Source: an uncultured Verrucomicrobiae bacterium (GTDB lineage Bacteria; Verrucomicrobiota; Verrucomicrobiia; Limisphaerales; JAFGQR01). Taken from it: a DNA stretch of 64,000 nucleotides. Numbering within the stretch: the first letter of the stretch is position 1; every line of letters starts with the position of its first letter. Below the pieces are notes generated by a model. The model made no database searches. It had not been told where the DNA came from and saw only the letters and a list, made by a program, of their open reading frames with translations. Positions 20,794-30,054 of this stretch are shown piece by piece. The stretch is taken from positions 64,001 through 128,000 of the forward strand of contig CAWBHS010000090.1 in the NCBI GenBank assembly GCA_963788655.1, given 5' to 3'. The translations under genes were made by a program, and so were the position numbers.

Positions 20794-21272
20794 ATGAGCC
20801 CTGCCGTGACAAACGCACGGCCGCTCAAGCCCGAAACCGCTGCGTTTCTGCAACGGTCGGTTTCCATCGATATCGCCGCCCGGGACCCGGGCGGGCGGCT
20901 CTGCCACCCGCCGCGGAGCGTGTCCAGGGAACGCCGGTCACCATTCGACACTACCCTGCCGACAACAGCGGGTTCATCGAACAGGACTACCCGGTCAAAG
21001 GCGTAGCCGGGGCCATCTGCTGGCGCGTGCTATCCGAATTCACCCAGCGGCAGCGCACCGATTTCAGCAATCGTGAATTACGCCTGGACCCCGACATCGG
21101 ACTGCCCGATGTCGGCGACAACCTGGAAGCTCGATTACTGCTGCTGCAAAAACGCCTCGCCGAGCGCTGCGACTTTCTCGGTATCGAGAATACCGGCCGC
21201 GGCCGGTTTCGCCTGCGGGTCGACCGCCTGGTCGCCTTGCGCGAGCACCGACATCATCGCGGTGATCGATGA
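20794..21272 (+). pseudogene. Deletion scar: N-terminus of a PNPOx-like gene joined out of frame to the C-terminus of a GAF/PNPOx-type protein
   Basis: MSP..AAFLQRSVSIDIAARD in one frame; IRHYPADNS..KGVAGAICW..FSNRELRLDP..DNLEARLLLLQKRL..GRGRFRL in another frame with no proper start. Confidence 0.6.
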
Positions 21273-21438
21273 CTTAGCTTCAGTCCACGCAAACACCAAG
21301 GTCGTCCAGTCACTGCCAGCGCAAACCGCAACGTCGATGCGCGCGCGATGCCAGCAAAGTTAGCGCCGAACCGACCAATCGACTCGCCGGCAACACGGCG
21401 CGGGCCAGCCCCGGCCTGAACGCTCAATTACCGCTGTG

Positions 21439-21942
21439 CTATCGCCGCGCCTGGGCCGGCGGCAGGTTCTTGGGTACGAAATCGAAATAAGGCGTGGTCA
21501 CCGCTTGCCCCGGTGGCACGTACGCAGGGGCCGGCACCCCTCGAGGTCCCAAACTGCGGATGAACGCGTACATGGCCTTGAGATCGCTATCGTTCATGTC
21601 CCGCAGGCTGAACCAGGGCATGGGCGGACGCCGCGGCGCGCGTGCGTACGTCAGCCACTGCTGCTCGCTCATTTCCTGCACCTTGAGACGCAAATTGGAC
21701 GGGTAGGTGGTTCCCCAAGGTCCCGCGAAGCCAACCACCGAACCGGTCAGCCATTCGCTCTTCGGAACCGCGCCGCCACCTTCCGGGTAGCCGGGAGTAT
21801 GGCAATCGTTGCAGCCGCTGGTCGAAATGATGTAACGGCCCCGTTCGATCTGCTCATCCGCCGCAGTTGCCGCCGCAGCGGTCAAACCGCCGAAAATACC
21901 GACCAAACCCGCCCAAGCGATGATCACCCTCTTGATTCTCAT
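21439..21942 (-). CDS. Periplasmic monoheme cytochrome c
   Basis: Signal peptide; RGRY..GCNDCHTPGY, GPWGTTYPSNL and PPMPW (Met ligand). Confidence 0.9.
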   Translation of the reverse strand: MRIKRVIIAWAGLVGIFGGLTAAAATAADEQIERGRYIISTSGCNDCHTPGYPEGGGAVPKSEWLTGSVVGFAGPWGTTYPSNLRLKVQEMSEQQWLTYARAPRRPPMPWFSLRDMNDSDLKAMYAFIRSLGPRGVPAPAYVPPGQAVTTPYFDFVPKNLPPAQARR

Positions 21943-22074
21943 GTGCGCCCACTCCCCGCAAGAAAAGCGCCGCAGCGCGTATGCATCAACCACATGAAAG
22001 CATAGCCGGTCGCAAGCGGGCGGGTTCATAAATAAACGCTAAGCATTTCTTAGAAGGTTCGTAACCGGGCAAAG

Positions 22075-22476
22075 TCACCGGTCCGGGTCCTGAACGCCGT
22101 CGTAATAGAGCCATTTGCCGTTCTGGCACACGAACCGGCTGCGCTCGTGCAAGCGCTGCGCCCTGCCCCCGACCCGGCAACGCGCCACGAACTCCACCGT
22201 CGGCGGGTCTTCCGTGGCCGCTATGATCTTGAGCCCCAGCCACTTGCCCGGCGGGGCCCGTTCGAGATCGAGCCGGTCGGGACGGGTGTCGCCATGCCAA
22301 GTGGCCAGCAGATAATCAAAACGGCCGGTGGCGAATGCGGTGTAGCGGGAACGCATCAAAGTCAGACAGTCGGGAGCGTTCAATTCTTGGTCAAGGTAGA
22401 GACCGCAACATGCATCGTAATCGAGCCCGCTACCGCACGGGCATGGCCGATCCGGGTCGCGCCGCGCTTTCGCCAT
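22075..22476 (-). CDS. ychJ: YchJ family SEC-C metal-binding protein
   Basis: CPCGSG..Y..CC, LMRSRYTAF and VEFVA..HERSRF..W.Y.DG motifs. Confidence 0.9.
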   Translation of the reverse strand: MAKARRDPDRPCPCGSGLDYDACCGLYLDQELNAPDCLTLMRSRYTAFATGRFDYLLATWHGDTRPDRLDLERAPPGKWLGLKIIAATEDPPTVEFVARCRVGGRAQRLHERSRFVCQNGKWLYYDGVQDPDR

Positions 22477-22484
22477 GGCGATTA

Positions 22485-22748
22485 GGACCTGTCAACGCTA
22501 TCCGCGCCGAGGCGACGGCGGCCCGTAGGCCGCGAGCCAAGGCGCGCCGAGCGCGGTGTGCTGGATGTAAAGGAGCGAGTCGCAACACCGGCTCGCAGCC
22601 TACCGGCCCCGTCCCTTCGGGTTGCGCCCCAAAAGCCGCCATGCAGCGTTGCTCGTCGTTCACTTGGAATAACCAAACTTCTCTCCTCGCACCTTGCCTG
22701 GCGGCTTTTGGGGCAGCAACGCCACCCACGGATAGCGTTGACAGGCCC
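22485..22748. mobile_element. 264-bp MITE-like non-autonomous element with 20-bp TIRs and TA flanks
   Basis: Left end GGACCTGTCAACGCTATCCG and right end CGGATAGCGTTGACAGGCCC form an inverted repeat with 1 mismatch; TA on both sides; internal hairpins; no transposase. Confidence 0.8.
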
Positions 22749-23914
22749 TAGTAAAACCCTTGCTGCTCGCGCACGGCGGCGTCGGCGAGCAGAAACATGG
22801 CGGCGTTCCAGGACTGCCCGGCCATGCCGCACAATGCGTAATTGCGCCCGTGCAGCCACTCGCTGAAACGCCAGTCGCCCAATTGATTGACCCGAGCCAG
22901 ACCCTGCAGCGCCTCGGCGGCCTGTTCGCGGCGGCCATTGGCAGCGAGCGCGAGCGTCCAGAAACCGCCCACGAACGGCCAGATGCCGCCGTTGTGATAT
23001 TGGTATGCCTGATTCTGGCCGTGGCGGTCCATATACGTGCGCCACAACGGATTGTCACGACCAATGGGTTCGCACACCACGCGCACCGGATATGGGTCTT
23101 CCGCGAAATGCCCCGACAAGGTATCGAGAATGCGTTCGCTGTGTTGCGGTTCTGACAACCCGACCAACAGCGCCAACAAATTGCCGAACACATCGCCCTC
23201 GTCGCCCCAAACCGAAAAATTGACGAAACTCAAATACAGATCGCGGTCGCCGGCGCCCTCGCGGATGTAGTCCTGCAGCAAGCGCAGACGCCGGTAATCC
23301 GGTACATGGTCGGTAAACGGATAGAACAAATGATTGAAGTGGTATGCGGTTTCCTGCTGACCGTGCAGATCGTACAACCGCTTGACGTAATACCAGAGGG
23401 CGTTGGAATAGAGCACGAATCCAGACCGGGGCATGATGTCGGCCCAATCGCTGGCCTCATTCTGCTGCACCAGGAACAGTCGCGGATGTTCTTGGCATTG
23501 CAGCCAGTGAATAGCGCGGTCGACCGCGTTGTCCACGACTGCACCAAGCGTATGCCCGAGCCGCTGCATTTGGCGCACCGCGATCAGCCACCACAGGGTG
23601 GCGTCGATACAGCCGACGTACCAGAAATCGGAATCGGCGGCTTCCGGATTGACGTATTTGGGAATCTGGCCGTTGTCGGCCTGGTGCAGCGCCAGGGTTT
23701 CCAGGCTGGCGCGAGCGCCCTGCAGCAGTTCGGGATCGTTCTGCAGCGCCATGCCCAAGACCGAGATCCCGGCATCGCGGGCGAAGATCGAAGTGTAGCG
23801 GCGCTCCCGGGCGGCCTCGCTGAGGCTGGCGGCGCGCAATCCGTGCGGCGTCAGATTGGCGCGCAACAATTGAACCGCGCGCGTGCGGCACTGTTGCAAG
23901 AGTGCCTCGTCCAT
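22748..23914 (-). CDS. Glycoside hydrolase family 100-like (alkaline/neutral invertase-like, (alpha/alpha)6 barrel)
   Basis: YTSIFARD, IDATLWW, DWAD, YHNGGIWP and FSEW..QSWNAA motifs. Confidence 0.85.
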   Translation of the reverse strand: MDEALLQQCRTRAVQLLRANLTPHGLRAASLSEAARERRYTSIFARDAGISVLGMALQNDPELLQGARASLETLALHQADNGQIPKYVNPEAADSDFWYVGCIDATLWWLIAVRQMQRLGHTLGAVVDNAVDRAIHWLQCQEHPRLFLVQQNEASDWADIMPRSGFVLYSNALWYYVKRLYDLHGQQETAYHFNHLFYPFTDHVPDYRRLRLLQDYIREGAGDRDLYLSFVNFSVWGDEGDVFGNLLALLVGLSEPQHSERILDTLSGHFAEDPYPVRVVCEPIGRDNPLWRTYMDRHGQNQAYQYHNGGIWPFVGGFWTLALAANGRREQAAEALQGLARVNQLGDWRFSEWLHGRNYALCGMAGQSWNAAMFLLADAAVREQQGFY

Positions 23915-23961
23915 TGGAATTCCTTCGTGAGTGACTGCGGAATACGGAACCGAAGAACAGA

Positions 23962-24333
23962 TCAATCGATTTCAAACAGTTTCGCGTATTCACGTGCATC
24001 GAAAAAGGTTTCGATGGACACGATGCGCCCTGCTTCGACCTTTGCCCAGTGAACCACCGGGGTAACCTGCAACCGATCCATTCGTGTTTTGAAATCGAGA
24101 ATGGTGCAAACGTCATTGCCGTCGCAAAAAGTCTTACGCTGCTCGATGCCCTCCAGGATCGTGCCGATGCGACTGATATCGTCCACGAACAACGCGGCAC
24201 CGTCGAAATTGGACAGCGGACTGCGATAGGTAAAACCGCGCTCGGCAAGAAAGCCCAACATGCGATCGAAATCCCGCGCTGCGAGCGCCTCAAAATAAGC
24301 TTCCACCACCTCGCGCGGCGTGGTTTCACTCAT
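23962..24333 (-). CDS. SnoaL-like / NTF2 family protein
   Basis: AAGGA RBS; VVEAYFEAL..RDFD..GRIVSIETFFD. Confidence 0.85.
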   Translation of the reverse strand: MSETTPREVVEAYFEALAARDFDRMLGFLAERGFTYRSPLSNFDGAALFVDDISRIGTILEGIEQRKTFCDGNDVCTILDFKTRMDRLQVTPVVHWAKVEAGRIVSIETFFDAREYAKLFEID

Positions 24334-24602
24334 GTCCGGTTCCTTGAAAACTGCCGGCGAATATCGCCACATACATTCAGTTTAAACCGCCCGGGCGGCG
24401 ATACCAAAGCATCCACATAATATCGGTGGCGCCGACTCCCTTCCTATTTGCAGCGTTTTCGCCCGGCCCGGGAAACAGGGCGTAATACATTGGCGCCACG
24501 CCACCGCGTATCGCGCTAGCGCGACCCGAGCGAACTCCTACACTTTTGGCACTCGCCACACGCCACACTGGAATTGGCTGGACAGACCATAAGGAGATTA
24601 CG

Positions 24603-25154
24603 ATGACCGACAAATCGCTTTCCGGAAAAAAGATCGCAATGCTGTTGACCGATGGCGTGGAAGAGGTGGAATACACCAAACCGCGGGCTTTCCTGGAAGA
24701 GCATGGCGCCACGGTGCATCTGGTTTCACCAAAGAACGCCGGCGACAAGATCCAGGGCTTCAACCACCTGACGCCCGACCAGACGTTTTCGGTGGAAGTG
24801 AATGTCAAGGATGCAACACCCGCGGATTATGACATGCTGGTGTTACCAGGCGGCGTCGCGAATCCCGACCTTTTGCGCCTGAGTGAAGACGCGGTTGCGT
24901 TCGTGCGCGGTTTCGCCGACGCCGACAAACCCATCGCCGCGATCTGCCACGGCCCCTGGATGTTGATCAATGCGGGCCTGGCTCATGATCGCCGACTCAC
25001 CAGCTGGCCGACCCTGCAGACCGACATCCGCAACGCCGGCGGCAAATGGAGCGATGAAGAAGTCGTAGTGGACGGCCGCATCATCACCAGCCGCAATCCC
25101 GATGACATCCCGGCGTTCACCGCCAAGATCGAAGAGATGTTGACCGCGGCCTAA
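24603..25154 (+). CDS. PfpI/YhbO (DJ-1) family protein
   Basis: AAGGAG RBS; DGVEEVE, LPGGVANPD, AICHGPW and TSRNPDD motifs; CTACACT -10 at 24538-24544. Confidence 0.93.
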   Translation: MTDKSLSGKKIAMLLTDGVEEVEYTKPRAFLEEHGATVHLVSPKNAGDKIQGFNHLTPDQTFSVEVNVKDATPADYDMLVLPGGVANPDLLRLSEDAVAFVRGFADADKPIAAICHGPWMLINAGLAHDRRLTSWPTLQTDIRNAGGKWSDEEVVVDGRIITSRNPDDIPAFTAKIEEMLTAA

Positions 25155-25201
25155 ACCAGTCGCCCCGAAGTACGCGAGGAGCGTCCTTCGGGGCACGCCG
25201 C

Positions 25202-25828
25202 TCAGCGAACGTTCCAGGACATGGTAATGCGCGGCGTGGTACCAAAGTAAGGATGCACATAATGCACCAACTGCGCCGGAAACAGGATCATGCAACCGGC
25301 CTCCATGGTCGGTATGAACTCCCGCGTCATACAGCCTTCCTGATCGGGACAAAAGCTGGCGAAGCGAGGGTCCGAGAACGTTAATTTCCCTAACAGCGGG
25401 TGTTCCGCATCCTGCTCACCCAGTTGTACCGCGTAGACGATACTGCCCACGGCCCGCAGATGACTGTGAGGGCCGAGATAATCGCCCGAGCGCGAAATGC
25501 TTGCCCAGCACTGATCGATCACCGGATTGGGCTGTTTGGTGATCTTGCGATAGAACTCCAGCGCCCGGGCATGGATGAAATCGGCTTCAGGACAGTTCCA
25601 ACGCGGAATGTCGTTTACCTTGCGGCCGCCGAAGATCGGTTTGTGGGACAGTTCGGGATCATGTTCCAATTCAAGGATGCGACGGATCAGGCCCGGATGG
25701 TACGAATCGGTATCTTCGAAATCCGTGATCAGCACCGTCGGATCGCGGATGTAGGTCTCCAGCTTCTGATCCTTCGGCCAAACCTCGTTCGGCACCGCCG
25801 ATGCGGTGCTGGTGGTATCGTGCGCCAT
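25202..25828 (-). CDS. Putative 2OG-Fe(II) oxygenase (TIGR02466-like)
   Basis: WASI..GDY..PHSH and FPAQLVHYVHP..RITMSWN motifs. Confidence 0.82.
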   Translation of the reverse strand: MAHDTTSTASAVPNEVWPKDQKLETYIRDPTVLITDFEDTDSYHPGLIRRILELEHDPELSHKPIFGGRKVNDIPRWNCPEADFIHARALEFYRKITKQPNPVIDQCWASISRSGDYLGPHSHLRAVGSIVYAVQLGEQDAEHPLLGKLTFSDPRFASFCPDQEGCMTREFIPTMEAGCMILFPAQLVHYVHPYFGTTPRITMSWNVR

Positions 25829-25938
25829 GTTGCCGCCTCTCCGGGAAATGCAGTCTTTTTAGCCGCTAACCGAGCACCGGGTCAATGGCATCACTGCAAG
25901 TCCGTTGCATCCGCCCGGCTCTTTACCATAGTCGTGGT

Positions 25939-26700
25939 ATGTCCATGAACCCCAAACATCCCGGCCGCCGCCCCGGCTGGCTGCTCGGCGACAGCGTGCG
26001 CTCGCTCTGGCACAGTTACCGACGGCAAGTGGCGCCGGTATCCGGCCGCGATTGGGGGATTTGGGCTTCGATACTGGTGCTCGGCTTCGGTGCCTGTTCG
26101 GTACTGGTGTTTCTCACCACGCAACTGGGCAAAGCGTTGGTGGGGCAGGGGTTGCAGACCTGGGACGGGCAGGTGCTACGCACCATCGTCGCACACGCAC
26201 CGATGGCATTCGCCGACGCCATCATGTACGAATCCCCCGGCAACCTGCTCTACATCGCGCCGCTGATCATTGTGGCGCTGGTGATCGCCATTCGCCGGCA
26301 GCATGCCTTGGCCGGCATGAGCCTGCTGATCGGTTACGTTCTGCAGCGGCCATTGGTCATCTTCGGTTGGATGTGGTGGGACCGGAATCGTCCCGACTTC
26401 ATTGCCGGCGGCGTCGCTGCACCGGGTTTTCATTCGTTCCCCTCGGGGCACGCCGCCATGTCCACGTTCGTGTATGGTTTTCTCGCCTACCTCTGGGCCC
26501 GCGCCACGCCCCACGTGGGCGAACGACTGCTGGCGTTCGCCCTGGCCATCGCCTGGATTCTGCTCATCAGCGTCGGCCGTTTGCGGCTGGGCTCCCATTG
26601 GCCGAGTGACATGCTCGCCGGCTACGTGATTGCCGCGGCTTGGCTGGGGGTGGTCATTGTCGCCCACCGCCGCCTGGAGCACACCGGCGCCGGCGCCTAA
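25939..26700 (+). CDS. PAP2-family membrane phosphatase
   Basis: R.RP, SFPSGHA and GRLRLGSHWPSD motifs. Confidence 0.9.
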   Translation: MSMNPKHPGRRPGWLLGDSVRSLWHSYRRQVAPVSGRDWGIWASILVLGFGACSVLVFLTTQLGKALVGQGLQTWDGQVLRTIVAHAPMAFADAIMYESPGNLLYIAPLIIVALVIAIRRQHALAGMSLLIGYVLQRPLVIFGWMWWDRNRPDFIAGGVAAPGFHSFPSGHAAMSTFVYGFLAYLWARATPHVGERLLAFALAIAWILLISVGRLRLGSHWPSDMLAGYVIAAAWLGVVIVAHRRLEHTGAGA

Positions 26701-26810
26701 CTCCCTTTTCTACCAGGCACTGCCGCCGCACCGGGCGTTGACCCTTGAGCCGTGTTACGCAGCCCGCCAGCCGGCCGCAAAATCGCCCGGCTCATAACCG
26801 GCCCGTTGAC

Positions 26811-27188
26811 TCAGATTACGCTGCCGAAACCCTTATCGGCGGCGCCCGGCGGCGGCTCCAATCCGGCAATGGGACATCCCTGCGCCAACGGTCCGCCAGG
26901 GAACAACTCGTAAACGTATTTGAGCCCGCCCTTGCCGTGAAAACGCTCGTCGAGCGCGTCGTGCAACGCGCGCACGTTCAGCTGGTGGCCGCCGGGCGAA
27001 TTGCGTTTGGCGTAGTAGCGTTGCAGTGCACGCACTGCTTCCCAGTGATCCTCATTGAGCCGCAGTCCCTGCTCATGCGCCGTGTGTTCCGCGTCTGCGC
27101 GGCTCCAGCTCCTTGGCGCGTCGGGGAACTCGGGATCCGGTACATAGGACCCCGGATGCATTACGTCTTCCATCGTCATATCGCCCAT
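26811..27188 (-). CDS. TusE/DsrC-family protein lacking the C-terminal Cys
   Basis: W..A...A..QGL.L.EDHW and KYVYELFPGGP..QGCPIAGL motifs; ends FGSVI. Confidence 0.88.
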   Translation of the reverse strand: MGDMTMEDVMHPGSYVPDPEFPDAPRSWSRADAEHTAHEQGLRLNEDHWEAVRALQRYYAKRNSPGGHQLNVRALHDALDERFHGKGGLKYVYELFPGGPLAQGCPIAGLEPPPGAADKGFGSVI

Positions 27189-27405
27189 GGCAACACCCCT
27201 GCTGTTGGCTAACGGGGTCCGGCATTCGCCGTGACGGCGGCCGAACCATTCACAGCTTAAAGATGAACCATGCCCGGTTCGGTATCAAGCACGGGCCCGC
27301 ATAATCGCGGGGGCGGCGGCGACCAGTTCGCACGACTCGGTGGCATGGGCACAAATCATGGTTTATAAACAAACGACGGGCCGCAAGCTGTCGGGCAATT
27401 CCGTC

Positions 27406-28833
27406 ATGACCGAGCATGTCAACAAAGTACCCGAGCAAGACGCACAGGCATTGCGCGCACAAGTCGCGGAGCTGCAAGCTGCGCTCAGCCTCAGCGAGCA
27501 GGCCAGGAATTGCCTCGAAACCCAACTCGCCTGCGCCGAAGAGTTATCACAGGCCGGCAGCTGGCAAAGCAATCCGCGGACCGGGTCAGCATCCTGGTCC
27601 GCGGGCATCTACCGCATATTCGGTCTCGACCCGAACAAACTCGTGCCACGGCATAAAGCCTTTCTCGAGTTCGTGCATCCCGAGGACCGACCGCTCGCCG
27701 AACGGGTCATGGCCGAAGCGCTCGGCTGCGGCGGCAAATACAATCTGACCTTGCGTACGGTTCGCCCCAACGGCGAAGTGCGCATGGTCCGCGCCCAGGG
27801 CACGGTAATTCTCGATCACCAGCAAAAACCGGTGCGCACCTACGGCGTCGCTCGGGACATTACCGATGAGGAAATCGCGCGCAAGGCACTGGCCGACAGC
27901 GAGCACCGCTTCCGCCTGATCGCGGAAACCATCGACGACGGCTTTTGGATTGCCGCCCCGGGCATGACCAAAATGATATATGCCAGCCCGGCGTACAAAA
28001 AAATCTGGGGACGAAGCGCCGAACACTTCGAGCGTTATCCGCAGTCGTTTCTCGATGCGGTGCACACCGATGACCGCGCCAGCGTGGCGCGCGCGCTGCA
28101 CGAGCATGCCGAAGGACGTTGGCACTGCGAATACCGTATCGTCCAAACCGATGGCGCGGTACGCTGGGTCGCGGACCAGGGCTATCCGGTATACGATGAA
28201 AACGGCAACCTGGAACTGCTCACCGGTGTGGTCCGCGACATCACCGAGCAGCGTCAGGCTCAAGCACGCCTGCAACAGGCTTTGCAACAAGTACGGCGAG
28301 CCAAGGCCGAATCAGAACGGCTGATGCTGCAGGACCCGTTGACCGGCACCGCCAACCGCCGTTATCTGCATGCCTACCTGGAGCGGGAGTGGCGCCGCGA
28401 ACATCGTGACGCGCGTCCGATCGCGCTGTTGTTGTTGGACATCGACTTCTTCAAAGACTACAACGATTTCTACGGCCATTTGCGCGGCGACAGTTGCCTG
28501 CAACGGGTATCCGCCTGCCTGAAGCGGGCGTTGCAGCGACCGGGCGATCTGCTGGCGCGTTTCGGCGGCGAGGAATTCATCGCGGTAATGCCCGGCACCG
28601 ATACGCGTGGCGCCCGCGCCGTGGCCGAGCGGCTGCGTGCGGCGATCGACAAACTACGCATTCCCCACGCAGCCTCCGATGTCGCCTCCCATGTCACGAT
28701 CAGCGCCGGCGTCAGCTGCGTCGACCCCCGCTTCACATCGGCACAGGAGGCCGTCGATCATGCCGACCGCGCCCTGTACGCAGCTAAACGCGCCGGTCGG
28801 AACCGCATCTGCGTCGCCGGTCCCGGGGAGTGA
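27406..28833 (+). CDS. PAS-PAS diguanylate cyclase
   Basis: Two PAS_3-like domains; DPLTG.ANRR, DIDFFK..ND..GH, RPGD I-site and RFGGEEF. Confidence 0.95.
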   Translation: MTEHVNKVPEQDAQALRAQVAELQAALSLSEQARNCLETQLACAEELSQAGSWQSNPRTGSASWSAGIYRIFGLDPNKLVPRHKAFLEFVHPEDRPLAERVMAEALGCGGKYNLTLRTVRPNGEVRMVRAQGTVILDHQQKPVRTYGVARDITDEEIARKALADSEHRFRLIAETIDDGFWIAAPGMTKMIYASPAYKKIWGRSAEHFERYPQSFLDAVHTDDRASVARALHEHAEGRWHCEYRIVQTDGAVRWVADQGYPVYDENGNLELLTGVVRDITEQRQAQARLQQALQQVRRAKAESERLMLQDPLTGTANRRYLHAYLEREWRREHRDARPIALLLLDIDFFKDYNDFYGHLRGDSCLQRVSACLKRALQRPGDLLARFGGEEFIAVMPGTDTRGARAVAERLRAAIDKLRIPHAASDVASHVTISAGVSCVDPRFTSAQEAVDHADRALYAAKRAGRNRICVAGPGE

Positions 28834-28898
28834 AGCAAAGCGCCGCAGCCGACTCACGGGCAGCGTGAGCAGGCCCGCAGCACAGCCAAGGACAGATC

Positions 28899-29243
28899 AT
28901 GAAGCCGACACTCACAGTGGAATTTGCAGTCAAAGCCGGAACCGACACGTTTCGCGAGGAAAGCGTCTCGCTCCATGACCCGGAGGAATTGTTCGCCTTC
29001 GTGGCCCCCGGCGGCGGCTGCGAATCGATCCCATCGGAGGTGGCCGAGATTCGCATGAATTTCCTCTCGCCCGCACACGCCAATCAAGCCAATCCGATCG
29101 CCGATGCGCCCGCGACCCTGCAGATCGGTATCGTGCTGTTCCAGGGACCGTTGGCCGAAATCGCCGCCACCGCCTCGCAGTTGCTCGACCGGGCGGGACG
29201 GGGCGAGTTGTCGGAGTCGTTTCGACGGGTCCTGCACTCGTGA
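28899..29243 (+). CDS. Hypothetical protein (114 aa)
   Basis: AAGGA RBS; coding-like GC3; follows the DGC on the same strand. Confidence 0.75.
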   Translation: MKPTLTVEFAVKAGTDTFREESVSLHDPEELFAFVAPGGGCESIPSEVAEIRMNFLSPAHANQANPIADAPATLQIGIVLFQGPLAEIAATASQLLDRAGRGELSESFRRVLHS

Positions 29244-29292
29244 TCCTGGTTCGTCGCCCAAGCTACGAGTAGCCCAGGGAGCGGAGGCGGAC

Positions 29293-29550
29293 TTGAGTGC
29301 ATCACCCACCGGAGACCCTCCGGGCGCCGCACACTTGTTCGAAATGCATTTCGAACAAGCCTTGACTCTGGACCGGCGCGAGGAGGTCGTGCTGCGCCTT
29401 CAGCATCAACGGGGCGTTGTCCGCGCTTGGTTCGATCCGCTGAACCCGACCCGCCTGCTGGTGCAGGCCGACCCGGTCTATTTCAGCGCCCTGACCTTGC
29501 GTGACTTCGTCCGCCGACTGTGGGTCGGGACCCGGGTCCTGGACGACTGA
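29293..29550 (+). CDS. Small hypothetical protein, ferredoxin/HMA-like pattern without CxxC
   Basis: GGAGG RBS before TTG 29293; L..QRGVVRAWF..RLLVQAD pattern. Confidence 0.55.
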   Translation: MSASPTGDPPGAAHLFEMHFEQALTLDRREEVVLRLQHQRGVVRAWFDPLNPTRLLVQADPVYFSALTLRDFVRRLWVGTRVLDD

Positions 29551-29564
29551 ATGTCGCTGATGCC

Positions 29565-29972
29565 CTACTGCGTGTTCTCGGCGCGAGCGGTGGATACGAT
29601 GGTTTCTCCTTCCAGTCGCAAGGCACCCGCTGCCCGTATATCCAGGTCGCCGTTGCGGCCGATGCGCAGGGTGACGCCGTTCAAGGAAAGTTCATAAGCG
29701 CCTTCGCGGGTAGGTTGAAAGCCGCGCGTAACAGGGCCCGGCAACGGATAGTTCGTGGTCGGGCCGCTGCGGCGCCCGTCAGACTGGGTGCGCAACCGTT
29801 CCACTTCGCGCTGCAGGTCGCGCACCCGGCGCTCCAGGTTGCGAATGTCGGTTTGCAACTGCAAGGCGCGCGTGCCGCCGTAGCCGGGATGGGAACCATA
29901 CGTGTCCCAGGCCCACACGGGCAGGGCGAGCAGCATGCCCGCACTCACCAGCCAGCCGATGTAGCTGCGCAT
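29565..29972 (-). CDS. Secreted protein: signal peptide, coiled coil, C-terminal beta-strand run
   Basis: AGGAG RBS; VWA cleavage site; heptads IRNLERRVRDLQREVERL; tail LSLNGVTLRIGRNGDLDIRAAGALRLEGETI. Confidence 0.75.
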   Translation of the reverse strand: MRSYIGWLVSAGMLLALPVWAWDTYGSHPGYGGTRALQLQTDIRNLERRVRDLQREVERLRTQSDGRRSGPTTNYPLPGPVTRGFQPTREGAYELSLNGVTLRIGRNGDLDIRAAGALRLEGETIVSTARAENTQ

Positions 29973-30054
29973 AAATCGCTCTCCTGCACGCGTGCACGCG
30001 TGCCTGCCAGTCCCACACGGGCGCCGCCAACCCATGCAACGGTCGACGACGCGT

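Noticed and set aside
22470..22770. Hybrid promoters from the MITE's outward TTGACA hexamers
   Set aside because: No -10-like hexamer lies 16-18 nt downstream on either side.
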